Assembly (NCBI GenBank): GCA_029558735.1
Contig: JAKQDP010000070.1
Span: forward strand, 42,700 to 106,699
Origin: a bacterium
GTDB lineage: Bacteria; Patescibacteriota; Patescibacteriia; 2-01-FULL-39-33
Direction: 5' to 3'
DNA: 64,000 bases
Part shown: piece by piece, positions 29,704-38,752 of the stretch
Numbering within the stretch: the stretch's first letter is position 1
Layout of the letters: every line of letters begins with the position of its first letter
Position numbers and translations under genes: made by a program
Notes under the pieces: model-generated
Databases searched by the model: none
The model's input: only the letters and a program-made list of their open reading frames with translations
Told to the model about the DNA's origin: nothing

Positions 29704-30864
29704 TTATCGTCTTCTTCTTTTCTGACGGCTGGCGCGATTGCCAAAGCGGTGCGCCTCATCCCTAACCTGGAGCAAAATATTTTTACTGTTGGCAGCCAAG
29801 TCCTTGATGGACTTTTTGGTTTGCGGCGGAAACACCAGCTTATCCCCGCCGAATTTGGAAAGACCGATAATCGGGGTGGCAATATTGGATTTTCGCAAAA
29901 TCTTGAAAGCATAATCCACTTGAGGCTTGCCGCCATCTATCAGAATCAGATCGGGTAATGGCCACTCCAGATGCCTAAACCGCCTCAACAATGTTTCCGC
30001 CAAGGCCGCCAAATCATCGCCGGGCAAAGCCTCTCTAATACTAAAAAGACGGTATTGGCTTTTGTCCGGCCGACCATCTCTAAATACCGACATCGCTCCG
30101 TAAGTCTCCCGCCCGGACCAATGGGAAATATCATAGCCCTCTATTCTATTGATGGCTTGGGTGGAAGTTATTTCGTCCCTGGTTATCAAAGTGACATCTT
30201 GAATATGCTTCAGGGCCGCCAGTTTGTCCGGGTTTTCTTTTTTTAGTTTATTGACCAGCCTCGTCTTCTGTCCGCCTAAAAGCAAACTGATATTTTTAAT
30301 ATTTTTTTGATAATCCTCACAGCTAATAGCGCCGATGCAGCTGCCCGGACATAAGCCGATTTGCTGATCAAAACAGGGCCGTCCTTGATTGGGCCGGCAA
30401 GTGCTGTAAGGAAATATCCGTCTGATCACTTTAAGCGCATTATTGATCAAGCTAGCGCTTTGATACGGGCCGAATATTCTATTTTTGTTGGCGGGAAATT
30501 TTTTCAATTCCCGCTCCCGGACTATCATCGGCCGGGGATAAGCACCGGCCGTCAGCACAATATAAACAAACGACCGATTATCTTTGTCTTTAACATTGTA
30601 TTTGGGCCAATATTTTTTAATCAGTTTGGCCTCCAAAACAACCGAATCCAAAATATTTTCAGTTGGCTGATACTTAATACTCTTCGCCTGATTGACCATC
30701 TCGGCAATGCGCGGGTCAATGTCTTTCCGGAAATACTGCGCTATCCGTTTTTTCAAGCTGGTGGCTCTGCCAATATAAAGCACCTCGTTATTTTTGCCCA
30801 ACCAAAAATAAACACCGGGCGCGTCTGGAAATTTTTTCGTTTTATTCAATATTTTATCTGTCAT
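29704..30864 (-). CDS. uvrC: Excinuclease ABC subunit C (compact form)
   Basis: PGVY..LYIGRA GIY-YIG domain, PKYN, Cys cluster, IEGYDISH, LIDGGKPQ, RDEAHRF; ends before the HhH domain. Confidence 0.88.
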   Translation of the reverse strand: MTDKILNKTKKFPDAPGVYFWLGKNNEVLYIGRATSLKKRIAQYFRKDIDPRIAEMVNQAKSIKYQPTENILDSVVLEAKLIKKYWPKYNVKDKDNRSFVYIVLTAGAYPRPMIVRERELKKFPANKNRIFGPYQSASLINNALKVIRRIFPYSTCRPNQGRPCFDQQIGLCPGSCIGAISCEDYQKNIKNISLLLGGQKTRLVNKLKKENPDKLAALKHIQDVTLITRDEITSTQAINRIEGYDISHWSGRETYGAMSVFRDGRPDKSQYRLFSIREALPGDDLAALAETLLRRFRHLEWPLPDLILIDGGKPQVDYAFKILRKSNIATPIIGLSKFGGDKLVFPPQTKKSIKDLAANSKNILLQVRDEAHRFGNRASRQKRRRR

Positions 30865-30898
30865 AGGATTTAAACCAATCATTCTTAGCACATTTGCC

Positions 30899-30923
30899 AT
30901 AGACGGAGAATACCCGTCTCTAT
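30899..30923. repeat. Degenerate REP-like palindrome downstream of the Y1 transposase
   Basis: Minus strand ATAGAGACGGGTATTCTCCGTCTAT. Confidence 0.55.
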
Positions 30924-30931
30924 ATTTTAAT

Positions 30932-31447
30932 TTATTTGATATTAATCGGATTGTTTTTGTCTTTATCCCACATCCTTGGATTATATTTTATATAATACCT
31001 GATTTTGTCCAAAGATTCAGCATTGGTTCTTATAACATGGTCATAAAACCTGGATTGCCAAGAAAAATTTTTATGGCCGGCAAGATGAATTTTCCTAGTA
31101 CAAGCTGATTTAAATGATCCAACAATATTGGATAATGAACTGGTTTTGCCTTGTTCCGTAGAGACGGGGCATGCCCCGTCTCTACCCGCATTATCAGAAT
31201 TATTATTAATTTCAATTATAAAATGAATATGATTTGGCATCACAATGAATTCATCCAAAACACAATCAGAATAATGTTTTGAGAGTTCTTGCCAATATTT
31301 GTAACAAATACAACCTAATTTATTCAATCCCATTATCCCATTTTTCACCCTGCCCAAACAGCATTTTCTGTCTTTGACGCATATGGTAATAAAATACAAA
31401 CCCGGACTGGAATAATCATAAACATGCCACCGCGCTGAATTGACCAA
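30932..31447 (-). mobile_element. REP-associated tyrosine transposase (RAYT, Y1 HUH family)
   Basis: YDYSSPGLYFITIC, VMPNHIHFI (HUH), FKS, WQSRFYDHVIR, YIKYNP; frame stays open ~11 codons upstream (YQNKY) with no ATG. Confidence 0.9.
31158..31185. repeat. Perfect 28-bp GTAG REP palindrome inside the transposase ORF
   Basis: GTAGAGACGGGGCATGCCCCGTCTCTAC is its own reverse complement. Confidence 0.85.
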
Positions 31448-31524
31448 ATACTTATTTTGATAATAATTATTATCAATATTTTATCTAAATTTAGACAAAA
31501 TATATATTTTATGGAAAAATACCC

Positions 31525-31553
31525 TTGACAAAATAAATTAGACGTGATATAAT
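31525..31553 (+). promoter_or_regulatory. Consensus sigma70 promoter
   Basis: TTGACA-17 bp-TATAAT with TGn extended -10. Confidence 0.85.
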
Positions 31554-31559
31554 TGTATG

Positions 31560-31950
31560 TTGGCCTGTCATAGTGATAGGCCTGAAACTGGGAGGAAAGG
31601 AATGTCCCAGTTTAAAGACTCCATTTAAGGGTGAAAAAAACTCCTGCCGGCATACGGGTCGCCGCGCTGGAGGGGAGAAAACGCTTTATTTGCCAACCGG
31701 ACGCGATTGGCAAAAAAAATAAAGCGTTACGGACTCGAAGTCAGCTGGCGAGTTTGCGCAAAGTAGCCGCCACTTAAGTGCCGACGAAAGCGTAACTTCG
31801 CAAAGTAGCCGCCACTAAGTGCCGGCGAAACCCGAGAGGCGTTTGAGATGCCTCTGTCCAGCTGAAACGGGACCTGACCAGTCCCTATAAACCGACTCCC
31901 TCACCCGATAACCAGCCCCTTGCCCAAGCGAGATAAGCAAGGGGTTTTTT
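31560..31950 (+). ncRNA. Candidate large structured non-coding RNA of unrecognised family
   Basis: No long ORF; consensus promoter upstream; nested stems (GGGTGA/TCACCC, GGGAG/CTCCC, TCAGCTGG/CCAGCTGA), several hairpins, tandem ~32-nt repeat; plus-strand terminator. Confidence 0.65.
31914..31950 (+). terminator. Intrinsic terminator of the candidate ncRNA
   Basis: AGCCCCTTGC...GCAAGGGG-TTTTTT; U tract only on the plus strand. Confidence 0.8.
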
Positions 31951-31963
31951 ATTTGCAAAAAAA

Positions 31964-34525
31964 CTATAAATATTTTTTAAGGTACTGACCGGTAATGCTT
32001 TTCTCATCCCGAGCGACTTCCTCGGGCAAGCCCTTGGCTATCACTCGACCGCCGCCCGCTCCGCCATCCGGGCCCAAATCAATAAGCCAATCAGCAGATT
32101 TAATAATATGCATATTATGCTCAATTATCGCAATGCTGTTACCCCGCTCAATCAATTTATTCAATACTTCCAACAACAATTGGATATCATAATAATGCAA
32201 GCCGACTGTCGGTTCATCCAAAAGATAGAGAGTCTTTTTGCCCAGAGTATGTGTTAGTTCCCGAGCCAGCTTGATTCTTTGCGCTTCGCCGCCCGATAAC
32301 GTGGTGGCGCTTTGGCCCAACTGCAAATAGCCCAAACCGACCTCCTCTAATACTTTCAATTTGTCGGTAATTTGGTATTGGCCGTCAAAATAATTAAGCG
32401 CCTCATCAATGGTCAATTCCAGCACTTCGGCAATATTTTTATTTTTGTACTTGACCTGCAAAGTTTCTCGATTGAAGCGCCGGCCGTGGCACACTTCGCA
32501 TTCCACATAAACCGGCGGCAAAAAATGCATCTCAATTAGATTAAAGCCAGCGCCGGCGCAGGCCTCGCACCGCCCGCCGGCGCGATTGAAAGAAAAACGC
32601 GATAACGTGTAAGCCCGCTCCCGCGATTGGGGCAACTGGGCGAAAAACTCGCGAATCGGCATAAAGATGCCGGTATAAGTGGCGGGGTTGGAACGCGGGC
32701 TGCGGCCAATCGGCGACTGATCCACTACTACCGCCCGATTAATATACTCACTACCGACAATCTTGCTGACATTTTCCAGCTCCTGTCGATGGCCGCTCTT
32801 GATTTTGACCAAATTGCGATAAAGAACATCATACAATAAAGTTGATTTGCCACTGCCGGACACGCCGGTGACGCAAACCAATTTCCGAAGCGGAATCTCC
32901 ACCTGAATATTTTTCAAATTATTAGCTCTGGCGCCGATAATCTTAATCATTTCGCTATCCTTCATTCGTCGGTGGGGAAAATTGATTTCCTTTTTGCCCC
33001 GCAAATAATCCAGTGTCAATGAATCTGCCGGGCTGTTTTTACTAAGCAATTTGTTGACTTCCCCTTGCGCCACCACTTCCCCACCCTGCCGACCGGCCAA
33101 CGGTCCCAAGTCCACCAAATAATCTGACTCCCTGATCACTCGCTCATCATGCTCGACAATAATCACGCTGTTATTTTGATCCCGAAGCGATTTTAAGGTG
33201 TCAATCAATTTTTCGTTATCCCGCTCGTGGAGACCGATAGTCGGCTCATCAAGAATATAAAGCGTATGCGACAGATGCGAGCCGATTTGCGAGGACAGCC
33301 TGATGCGCTGGGCCTCGCCGCCCGATAATGTCTCGGCTTCGCGGTCCAGCGACAAATAATTCAAGCCGACCTGAAGCAGGAAAAACAGCCGATCGCTCAC
33401 TTCTTGGATGATATCGCCGGCGATTTCCTGATTGCGCTTGCTGATTTTTTTACGGTAATCTTCAAAAAAATCATACAATTTGTCTATCGCTAAGGCGCTG
33501 ATTTGGGCGATATTTTTATCCAGTATCTTGATCGCCAATGTTTCCGGCCGCAACCGCTGGCCGGCGCAGGCCAAACATGGTTTAGTCACTCGCTCATACC
33601 GATTGGCCACCTCCCCCACCTCCCCGTCTTTAACGGCTATTTTCTTTTTTTCCCAGGATTCCAATCGGCCCAAGCCAGAACATTGAGGACAAGCGCCATG
33701 CGGACTGTTAAACGAAAACAACCGCGGTTCAACTTCGGGAAAAGCAAAATTATCATAAGGGCAAGTCCAATTGGCCGACAATAACATTTCTTGCTGGTCC
33801 TGACCGTCGCCAAGCACTACCACCACCAAGCCATTACTGTGTTGCAAGGACGCTTCAATTGCCTCCGCCAGCCGGCTCAGATCATCCGGCATCACCTTAT
33901 CGATCACAATGTCAATATTATGCTTTTTATACCGAGCCAGCTTAATCTGTTCGTGCAGGGAATGGACTTCGCCGTCTATTCTGGCCTCGCCATAACCCAA
34001 GGCCAAATAATCATACAACAACTGATAATATTCACCCTTGCGGTCAATAACTACCGGGGCCAAAATAGTCGCGGCTCTAATCGCCAACTCTTTCATCTTA
34101 TCGTTGACAATATCCACCATCTCATCCAAGGCAAGCTTCTTAATTTTGCGGCCGCATTGAGGACAAAACACCTCCCCCACTCGGGCATACAGCACTCGCA
34201 GATAATCGTATATCTCGGTCAAAGTGCCGACTGTCGAACGCGGATTGTGCGACAGGGCTTTCTGGTCAATAGCAATGGACGGCGCCAAACCGACAATTTC
34301 ATCCACGTCCGCCGGCTTCATTTGACCCAAAAATTGCCGGGCATACGGCGACAAGGACTCAATATAACGCCTTTGGCCCTCGGCAAAAATAGTATCAAAA
34401 GCCAAAGAAGACTTACCGCTGCCGGACAAACCAGTAAACACCACCAGTTTGTTGTGTGGTATTTCCAGATTGACATTTTTTAAATTATGGACCCGTGCTC
34501 CGCGAATAATTATTTTATCTGGCAT
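31964..34525 (-). CDS. uvrA: Excinuclease ABC subunit A
   Basis: [18 protein letters not shown], two LSGGEAQRI signatures, second Walker [10 protein letters not shown], zinc fingers. Confidence 0.98.
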   Translation of the reverse strand: MPDKIIIRGARVHNLKNVNLEIPHNKLVVFTGLSGSGKSSLAFDTIFAEGQRRYIESLSPYARQFLGQMKPADVDEIVGLAPSIAIDQKALSHNPRSTVGTLTEIYDYLRVLYARVGEVFCPQCGRKIKKLALDEMVDIVNDKMKELAIRAATILAPVVIDRKGEYYQLLYDYLALGYGEARIDGEVHSLHEQIKLARYKKHNIDIVIDKVMPDDLSRLAEAIEASLQHSNGLVVVVLGDGQDQQEMLLSANWTCPYDNFAFPEVEPRLFSFNSPHGACPQCSGLGRLESWEKKKIAVKDGEVGEVANRYERVTKPCLACAGQRLRPETLAIKILDKNIAQISALAIDKLYDFFEDYRKKISKRNQEIAGDIIQEVSDRLFFLLQVGLNYLSLDREAETLSGGEAQRIRLSSQIGSHLSHTLYILDEPTIGLHERDNEKLIDTLKSLRDQNNSVIIVEHDERVIRESDYLVDLGPLAGRQGGEVVAQGEVNKLLSKNSPADSLTLDYLRGKKEINFPHRRMKDSEMIKIIGARANNLKNIQVEIPLRKLVCVTGVSGSGKSTLLYDVLYRNLVKIKSGHRQELENVSKIVGSEYINRAVVVDQSPIGRSPRSNPATYTGIFMPIREFFAQLPQSRERAYTLSRFSFNRAGGRCEACAGAGFNLIEMHFLPPVYVECEVCHGRRFNRETLQVKYKNKNIAEVLELTIDEALNYFDGQYQITDKLKVLEEVGLGYLQLGQSATTLSGGEAQRIKLARELTHTLGKKTLYLLDEPTVGLHYYDIQLLLEVLNKLIERGNSIAIIEHNMHIIKSADWLIDLGPDGGAGGGRVIAKGLPEEVARDEKSITGQYLKKYL

Positions 34526-34705
34526 AAAGTTTTTGTTTTTAAAAATATTTTAACTGACTAATTATTGTCTATTGCTGTTTTTAAGTCTTGTTCTTGAGCG
34601 ACTAAATCCGATCAGACCAACGCCAGTTTGACAAACACACTCTTTCCCTGCTAATCTTAGTTAGTTGTTTTATTGTTTCCCCCCAACAAAAGGAAGGTAA
34701 CATCA

Positions 34706-34879
34706 ATGGAAACCGGTGAACAGCTGTTATTGCCTTTGGTTGAGACGACCGTAATCGCCGAGAACCCCAATCAACTGACATTGTTCTTTGAGACCCCCTG
34801 CCAGTGTCGGCCGGGCCAAGCCTGTTCCACTGGTCATACTTATCAAGAGTGCGACCAGGACTGCGGCCTGGGAGCATAA
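34706..34879 (+). CDS. 57-aa protein with QLLLPL/QLTLF motifs and Cys-rich tail
   Basis: ATG 34706 after AAGGAAGG; TTGACA...TGcTAATCT promoter at ~34628-34657; terminator 34894-34923. Confidence 0.65.
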   Translation: METGEQLLLPLVETTVIAENPNQLTLFFETPCQCRPGQACSTGHTYQECDQDCGLGA

Positions 34880-34893
34880 GACGCCTCTTGATC

Positions 34894-34923
34894 GGCGACG
34901 GCCTAACAGCTGTCGCTTTTTTT
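34894..34923 (+). terminator. Intrinsic terminator
   Basis: GCGACGGC-CTAACA-GCTGTCGC-TTTTTTT. Confidence 0.7.
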
Positions 34924-36808
34924 ATTTGGAATTTTTTGGAGACCGAAAAGTCGCTTTGGTTTTTTCGCCTGGCTCTTTTTCAATGTCCAAAAAATCTTCA
35001 ATGTCTTTTTTAATTGTCTGCGGCGTAATGCCGTGTTTTTTATTGTATTCCCTCTGCCGTATCCGCCGCCGCTCCACTTCTTTGAGCGCCCGCTTCATTG
35101 AGCCGGTGATATTATCAGCGTACAAAATCACCTGACCGGTCACATTCCTGGCCGCCCGACCCATGGTCTGCATCAGAGATGTCTCACTGCGCAAAAATCC
35201 TTCCCGGTCCGCGTCCAATATAACCACCAAAGTCACCTCCGGCAAATCCAGACCCTCCCTAAGCAAATTAACGCCGATTAAAATATCAAACCGACCCTTC
35301 CTAAAATTCATCAATATCTCGGTACGCTGAATAGTTTTAATATCGCTGTGAATGTAATCGACTTTGAAGCCTTTTTTGCGCAAATAGCTGTCCAGATCCT
35401 CGGCCATTTTTTTGGTCAAAGTATTGACAATCGCCCTTTCCTTTTTTTCCGCTATTACTGTTAATTCCTTGATTAAATCATCAATTTGGCTGTAATTATT
35501 TTTTTGGTCAAACACCGGCCGGACTGTTACCGGCGGATCAATCAACCCGGTCGGCCGAATCACCTGCTCAACAACTTGCCGAGACATTGCCATTTCCCAT
35601 TTGCCCGGCGTCGCAGTGGTAAAAATCACCTGGCCGATTCGATCCTGAAACTCCTGAAAATTAAGGGGTCGATTGTCAATAGCCGAGGGCAGACGCCAAC
35701 CATATTGGACCAAAATTTTCTTGCGCGCCTGATCGCCCTCATACATCCCCCGAATTTGGGGCACGGCAACATGCGACTCGTCAATAATAGTCAAAAAATC
35801 CGACCGGCCGGCCTGGTCTTTCGGAAAATAAGCCAATAAACTGTCTGGCGCCTCACCTGGCAATTTGCCTACCAAGTGGCGAGAATAATTTTCAATGCCA
35901 TGGCAATAACCCAAGGACAACAACATCTCAATATCATATCTAGTCCGTCGTTCCAGCCGTTCCGCCTCCAAATAAAATCCCTTGGACTGAAAATATTTCA
36001 GCCGATCCTTCAGTTCCGTCTTAATGCTTTTGACTGCTTCCTTGATTTCCGGCATCGAAGAAACAAAATGTTTGGGAGGAAAAATAATTATTTCTGTCAA
36101 TGACTCTTTTATTTTTCTGGTCAACTGATCAACTATGGCCAAACCGGAAACTTGCTGCTCCGACAGCTCTAGCCGATAAATGATATTTTCCGCCGCCGGC
36201 ATAATTTCAAACACATCGCCCCGGACCCGAAATGATCCCCGCTTCAACTCGCCCGGCGTCCGTTCAAACTGAATTCTGACCAATTGCTTGATTAAATCTT
36301 GCCGGACAATCGTCTGACCGATTTTCAGATGCAACCGGGCAGCGGTATAGCTGGCCGGCAAGCCCAAATTGTAAATACAGGACACCGAAGCGACAATAAT
36401 CACATCGCGACGACTAGCCAAAGCGCTAGTCGCCTGATGTCGCAACCGATCAATTTCATCATTGATCATTGCTTCTTTTTCTATATAGGTGTCAGTGGAG
36501 GGCAGATAGGCTTCCGGTTGATAATAATCATAATAAGACACGAAATAGTTAACGCTATTTTGGGGGAAAAAATTCTTGTATTCACGATACAGCTGAGCAG
36601 CCAAAGCCTTGTTGGGCGCCACGACCAAAACCGGCCGATTAATCTTTTCGATAATATTGGCCATCGTAAAAGTCTTGCCCGAACCAGTCACACCGACTAA
36701 TGTCTGGTACTGGTCGCCCCGACTCAAACCGGCAGATAATTTGGCAATTGCCTGCGGCTGATCGCCGGCCGGAGCAAATTTTGATTGTAAGTGGAATAAT
36801 TTAGACAT
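34922..36808 (-). CDS. uvrB: Excinuclease ABC subunit B
   Basis: PAGDQP, GVTGSGKT, YYDYYQPEAY, DESH, GVNLLREGLD, QTMGRAARN. Confidence 0.98.
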   Translation of the reverse strand: MSKLFHLQSKFAPAGDQPQAIAKLSAGLSRGDQYQTLVGVTGSGKTFTMANIIEKINRPVLVVAPNKALAAQLYREYKNFFPQNSVNYFVSYYDYYQPEAYLPSTDTYIEKEAMINDEIDRLRHQATSALASRRDVIIVASVSCIYNLGLPASYTAARLHLKIGQTIVRQDLIKQLVRIQFERTPGELKRGSFRVRGDVFEIMPAAENIIYRLELSEQQVSGLAIVDQLTRKIKESLTEIIIFPPKHFVSSMPEIKEAVKSIKTELKDRLKYFQSKGFYLEAERLERRTRYDIEMLLSLGYCHGIENYSRHLVGKLPGEAPDSLLAYFPKDQAGRSDFLTIIDESHVAVPQIRGMYEGDQARKKILVQYGWRLPSAIDNRPLNFQEFQDRIGQVIFTTATPGKWEMAMSRQVVEQVIRPTGLIDPPVTVRPVFDQKNNYSQIDDLIKELTVIAEKKERAIVNTLTKKMAEDLDSYLRKKGFKVDYIHSDIKTIQRTEILMNFRKGRFDILIGVNLLREGLDLPEVTLVVILDADREGFLRSETSLMQTMGRAARNVTGQVILYADNITGSMKRALKEVERRRIRQREYNKKHGITPQTIKKDIEDFLDIEKEPGEKTKATFRSPKNSK

Positions 36809-37148
36809 GGCAAAATTGCTATATTGTTATATTGTTTTTATGTATATACATATCTATATACATAATAAAATATAAATTGCAAATCACGGCTGCCTGCCAA
36901 TAAACAGGGATGATGAATAAATCTTCAAAAGTTTAGCAACCAATTTTAAATTATAAGTTTCAAATTTCAATTTAATTTTAAATAATAAAATATCAAATAA
37001 TCGACATCCATCTTCGGTAAAAAAATGAAATTTTAGATTAAATTTTAAAACTTGAAATTTGAAATTTTGGATTTAATATTTTAAACAAAATACCCAAATT
37101 CACCCCCGATCCATCCACTCTGGGGGGTTGAAAAAATTATTAGTTGGG

Positions 37149-37222
<74 letters not shown>

Positions 37223-37274
37223 CTACACCGACGATGAACATACCAGTGAACATACCAAAAAAATAAAGCTCCTG

Positions 37275-37348
37275 TGGACTCGAGGGGAGTCGAACCCCTG
37301 GCCTCGGCAATGCGAATGCCGCGCTCTAGCCAACTGAGCTACGAGCCC
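37275..37348 (-). tRNA. tRNA-Ala(CGC)
   Basis: GGGCTCG/CGAGTCC with G3:U70, anticodon arm CGGCA-TTCGCAT-TGCCG, GGTTCGACTCC. Confidence 0.95.
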
Positions 37349-37680
37349 TAACGATTGTCGCCGCTGCCGCCCAGTTTACCCCTTTCTTGGCGAGAAGTCA
37401 ACTTAGCCAGATTATACTGCGCCACTTGTTCCAATTCCAAACCCAACTCCGCCGCTAGCCGCGCTACATACCACAATACATCACCCAATTCTTTCATTAA
37501 TTCTTGTTTTTTCTCCGCCGACAATTGACCATTATCATCCCGGAGCACTTTTTTAATTTTTTCCGCCACCTCGCCGGCTTCGCCCACTAAGCCCAAGGTG
37601 GGATAAACAAAATTATTGCCCAAATTGGGATAAACCGCAGTTTGAGCCGCCGCTTGCTGATAGGAATTAAAATTCAACAT
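37348..37680 (-). CDS. MazG-like nucleoside triphosphate pyrophosphohydrolase
   Basis: LGLVGEAGEVAEKIKK, KELGDVLWY, NLAKL..R...GSGDNR. Confidence 0.9.
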   Translation of the reverse strand: MLNFNSYQQAAAQTAVYPNLGNNFVYPTLGLVGEAGEVAEKIKKVLRDDNGQLSAEKKQELMKELGDVLWYVARLAAELGLELEQVAQYNLAKLTSRQERGKLGGSGDNR

Positions 37681-37695
37681 TAATTTAATAATAAT

Positions 37696-38685
37696 TTATA
37701 AAATAATTGAGGCGATTAACAAATAAACAAACACACTGGCAACGTCTTGGACGATAGTGGCGATTGGACCGCTGGCATTGGCTGGATCATATTTCAACCG
37801 ACTGAAAATATAAGGAATCAATAAACCGGCAAAAATCGACGAGCTAATGGTGACAAAAATCGCCAACGCTAAAACCGTGCTTAAAACCATCTCGCGATAA
37901 ACAAAAAAACTGCCAGCCCAAATCAATCCGGCGCTCGTCACCGCAATTAATAACAATACTGCCAATTGCTTGACGAAATAAGACCGCCAATCAATTTTAC
38001 GATTCCAAGCAAAATCTCGAATAACAAACGCCTGCATTTGCGTAACAGTGGCGCCGCTCATATACACCACCACTGGAATAAACGAAGCCAAAAGAATATG
38101 TCTTTCCAAAACGAATTCAAACTTATCCACTACAAACGAAGCGAAGAGTCCGCCCAGCAGGCCAATCACCAGCCAGGGCAACCGATTTTTCAAAGCGCTG
38201 CCAATTGAGCCCTTAAAAGCAATGTCCAGATTGGCCGCCTGCCGATTAATGCCGGCCAATTTCAGCATATCAACGCTGACTTCGCGGTAGAGAATCCGCA
38301 AAATATCGTCATTCAAAACCGCCCCCAAAAAATAACCGTTCTTATCGACGACCGGCACCGCTTTGAGATTTCTTTTTAAAGCGATTAATGCCGCCTCTTC
38401 CTGACTGTCGTCCGGCTGCAAGCTGAAAATATTCTTAATCATCACCCGGGCGACAAGCGTTCCTTTTTGGCGGCGAAAAATCTCTTTAATGGAAATGACT
38501 CCCACCAACATTTTTTCCTGATTAACCACATAGACATAATTAATTGAATCGAAAAACCGCGTTTTTTTAAGCAAAATTTTTTCGATTTCGCCAATCGTGG
38601 CGCGAGCCGACACGACTGGCACTCTACTGGTCATAATTTGAACGACCGGCTGAGGGGGGTGGGTGGTTATTCTTATTCTAGCCAT
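37696..38685 (-). CDS. mgtE: MgtE-family magnesium transporter (CBS pair plus TM domain)
   Basis: CBS pair, NRLPWL, FIPVV, DPANASGPIATIVQD; lacks MgtE N domain; start set at ATG 38685. Confidence 0.85.
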   Translation of the reverse strand: MARIRITTHPPQPVVQIMTSRVPVVSARATIGEIEKILLKKTRFFDSINYVYVVNQEKMLVGVISIKEIFRRQKGTLVARVMIKNIFSLQPDDSQEEAALIALKRNLKAVPVVDKNGYFLGAVLNDDILRILYREVSVDMLKLAGINRQAANLDIAFKGSIGSALKNRLPWLVIGLLGGLFASFVVDKFEFVLERHILLASFIPVVVYMSGATVTQMQAFVIRDFAWNRKIDWRSYFVKQLAVLLLIAVTSAGLIWAGSFFVYREMVLSTVLALAIFVTISSSIFAGLLIPYIFSRLKYDPANASGPIATIVQDVASVFVYLLIASIIL

Positions 38686-38752
38686 ATAATTTATTATATC
38701 ATAAAAAAAATATCGCTGTTGAAAGCGATATGATTTTCTTGACAACTAAAAA

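Noticed and set aside
29694-29936. Long N-terminal extension of TruB in the ORF track (similar extensions for MraZ, PilW, LepA, DnaX)
   Set aside because: Overlaps uvrC or non-coding leader; conserved domains begin at downstream ATGs
31757-31830. Possible CRISPR array (two ~32-nt repeats)
   Set aside because: Only two copies, 9 nt apart, and no cas genes; treated as RNA structural modules
31560-31950. Identification as tmRNA, SRP RNA, a second RNase P RNA or a hammerhead/twister ribozyme
   Set aside because: Only short fragments resemble these (GGAGGAAAG, GGTCAGGTCC on the minus strand, CGACTCCC). The tRNA-like ends, SRP GGAAGCAG loop, CR-V and CUGAnGA core are absent
36810-37140. AT-rich intergenic tract with TTGAAAT-like short repeats as a possible oriC
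   Set aside because: No cluster of DnaA boxes and no dnaA/dnaN nearby; low complexity
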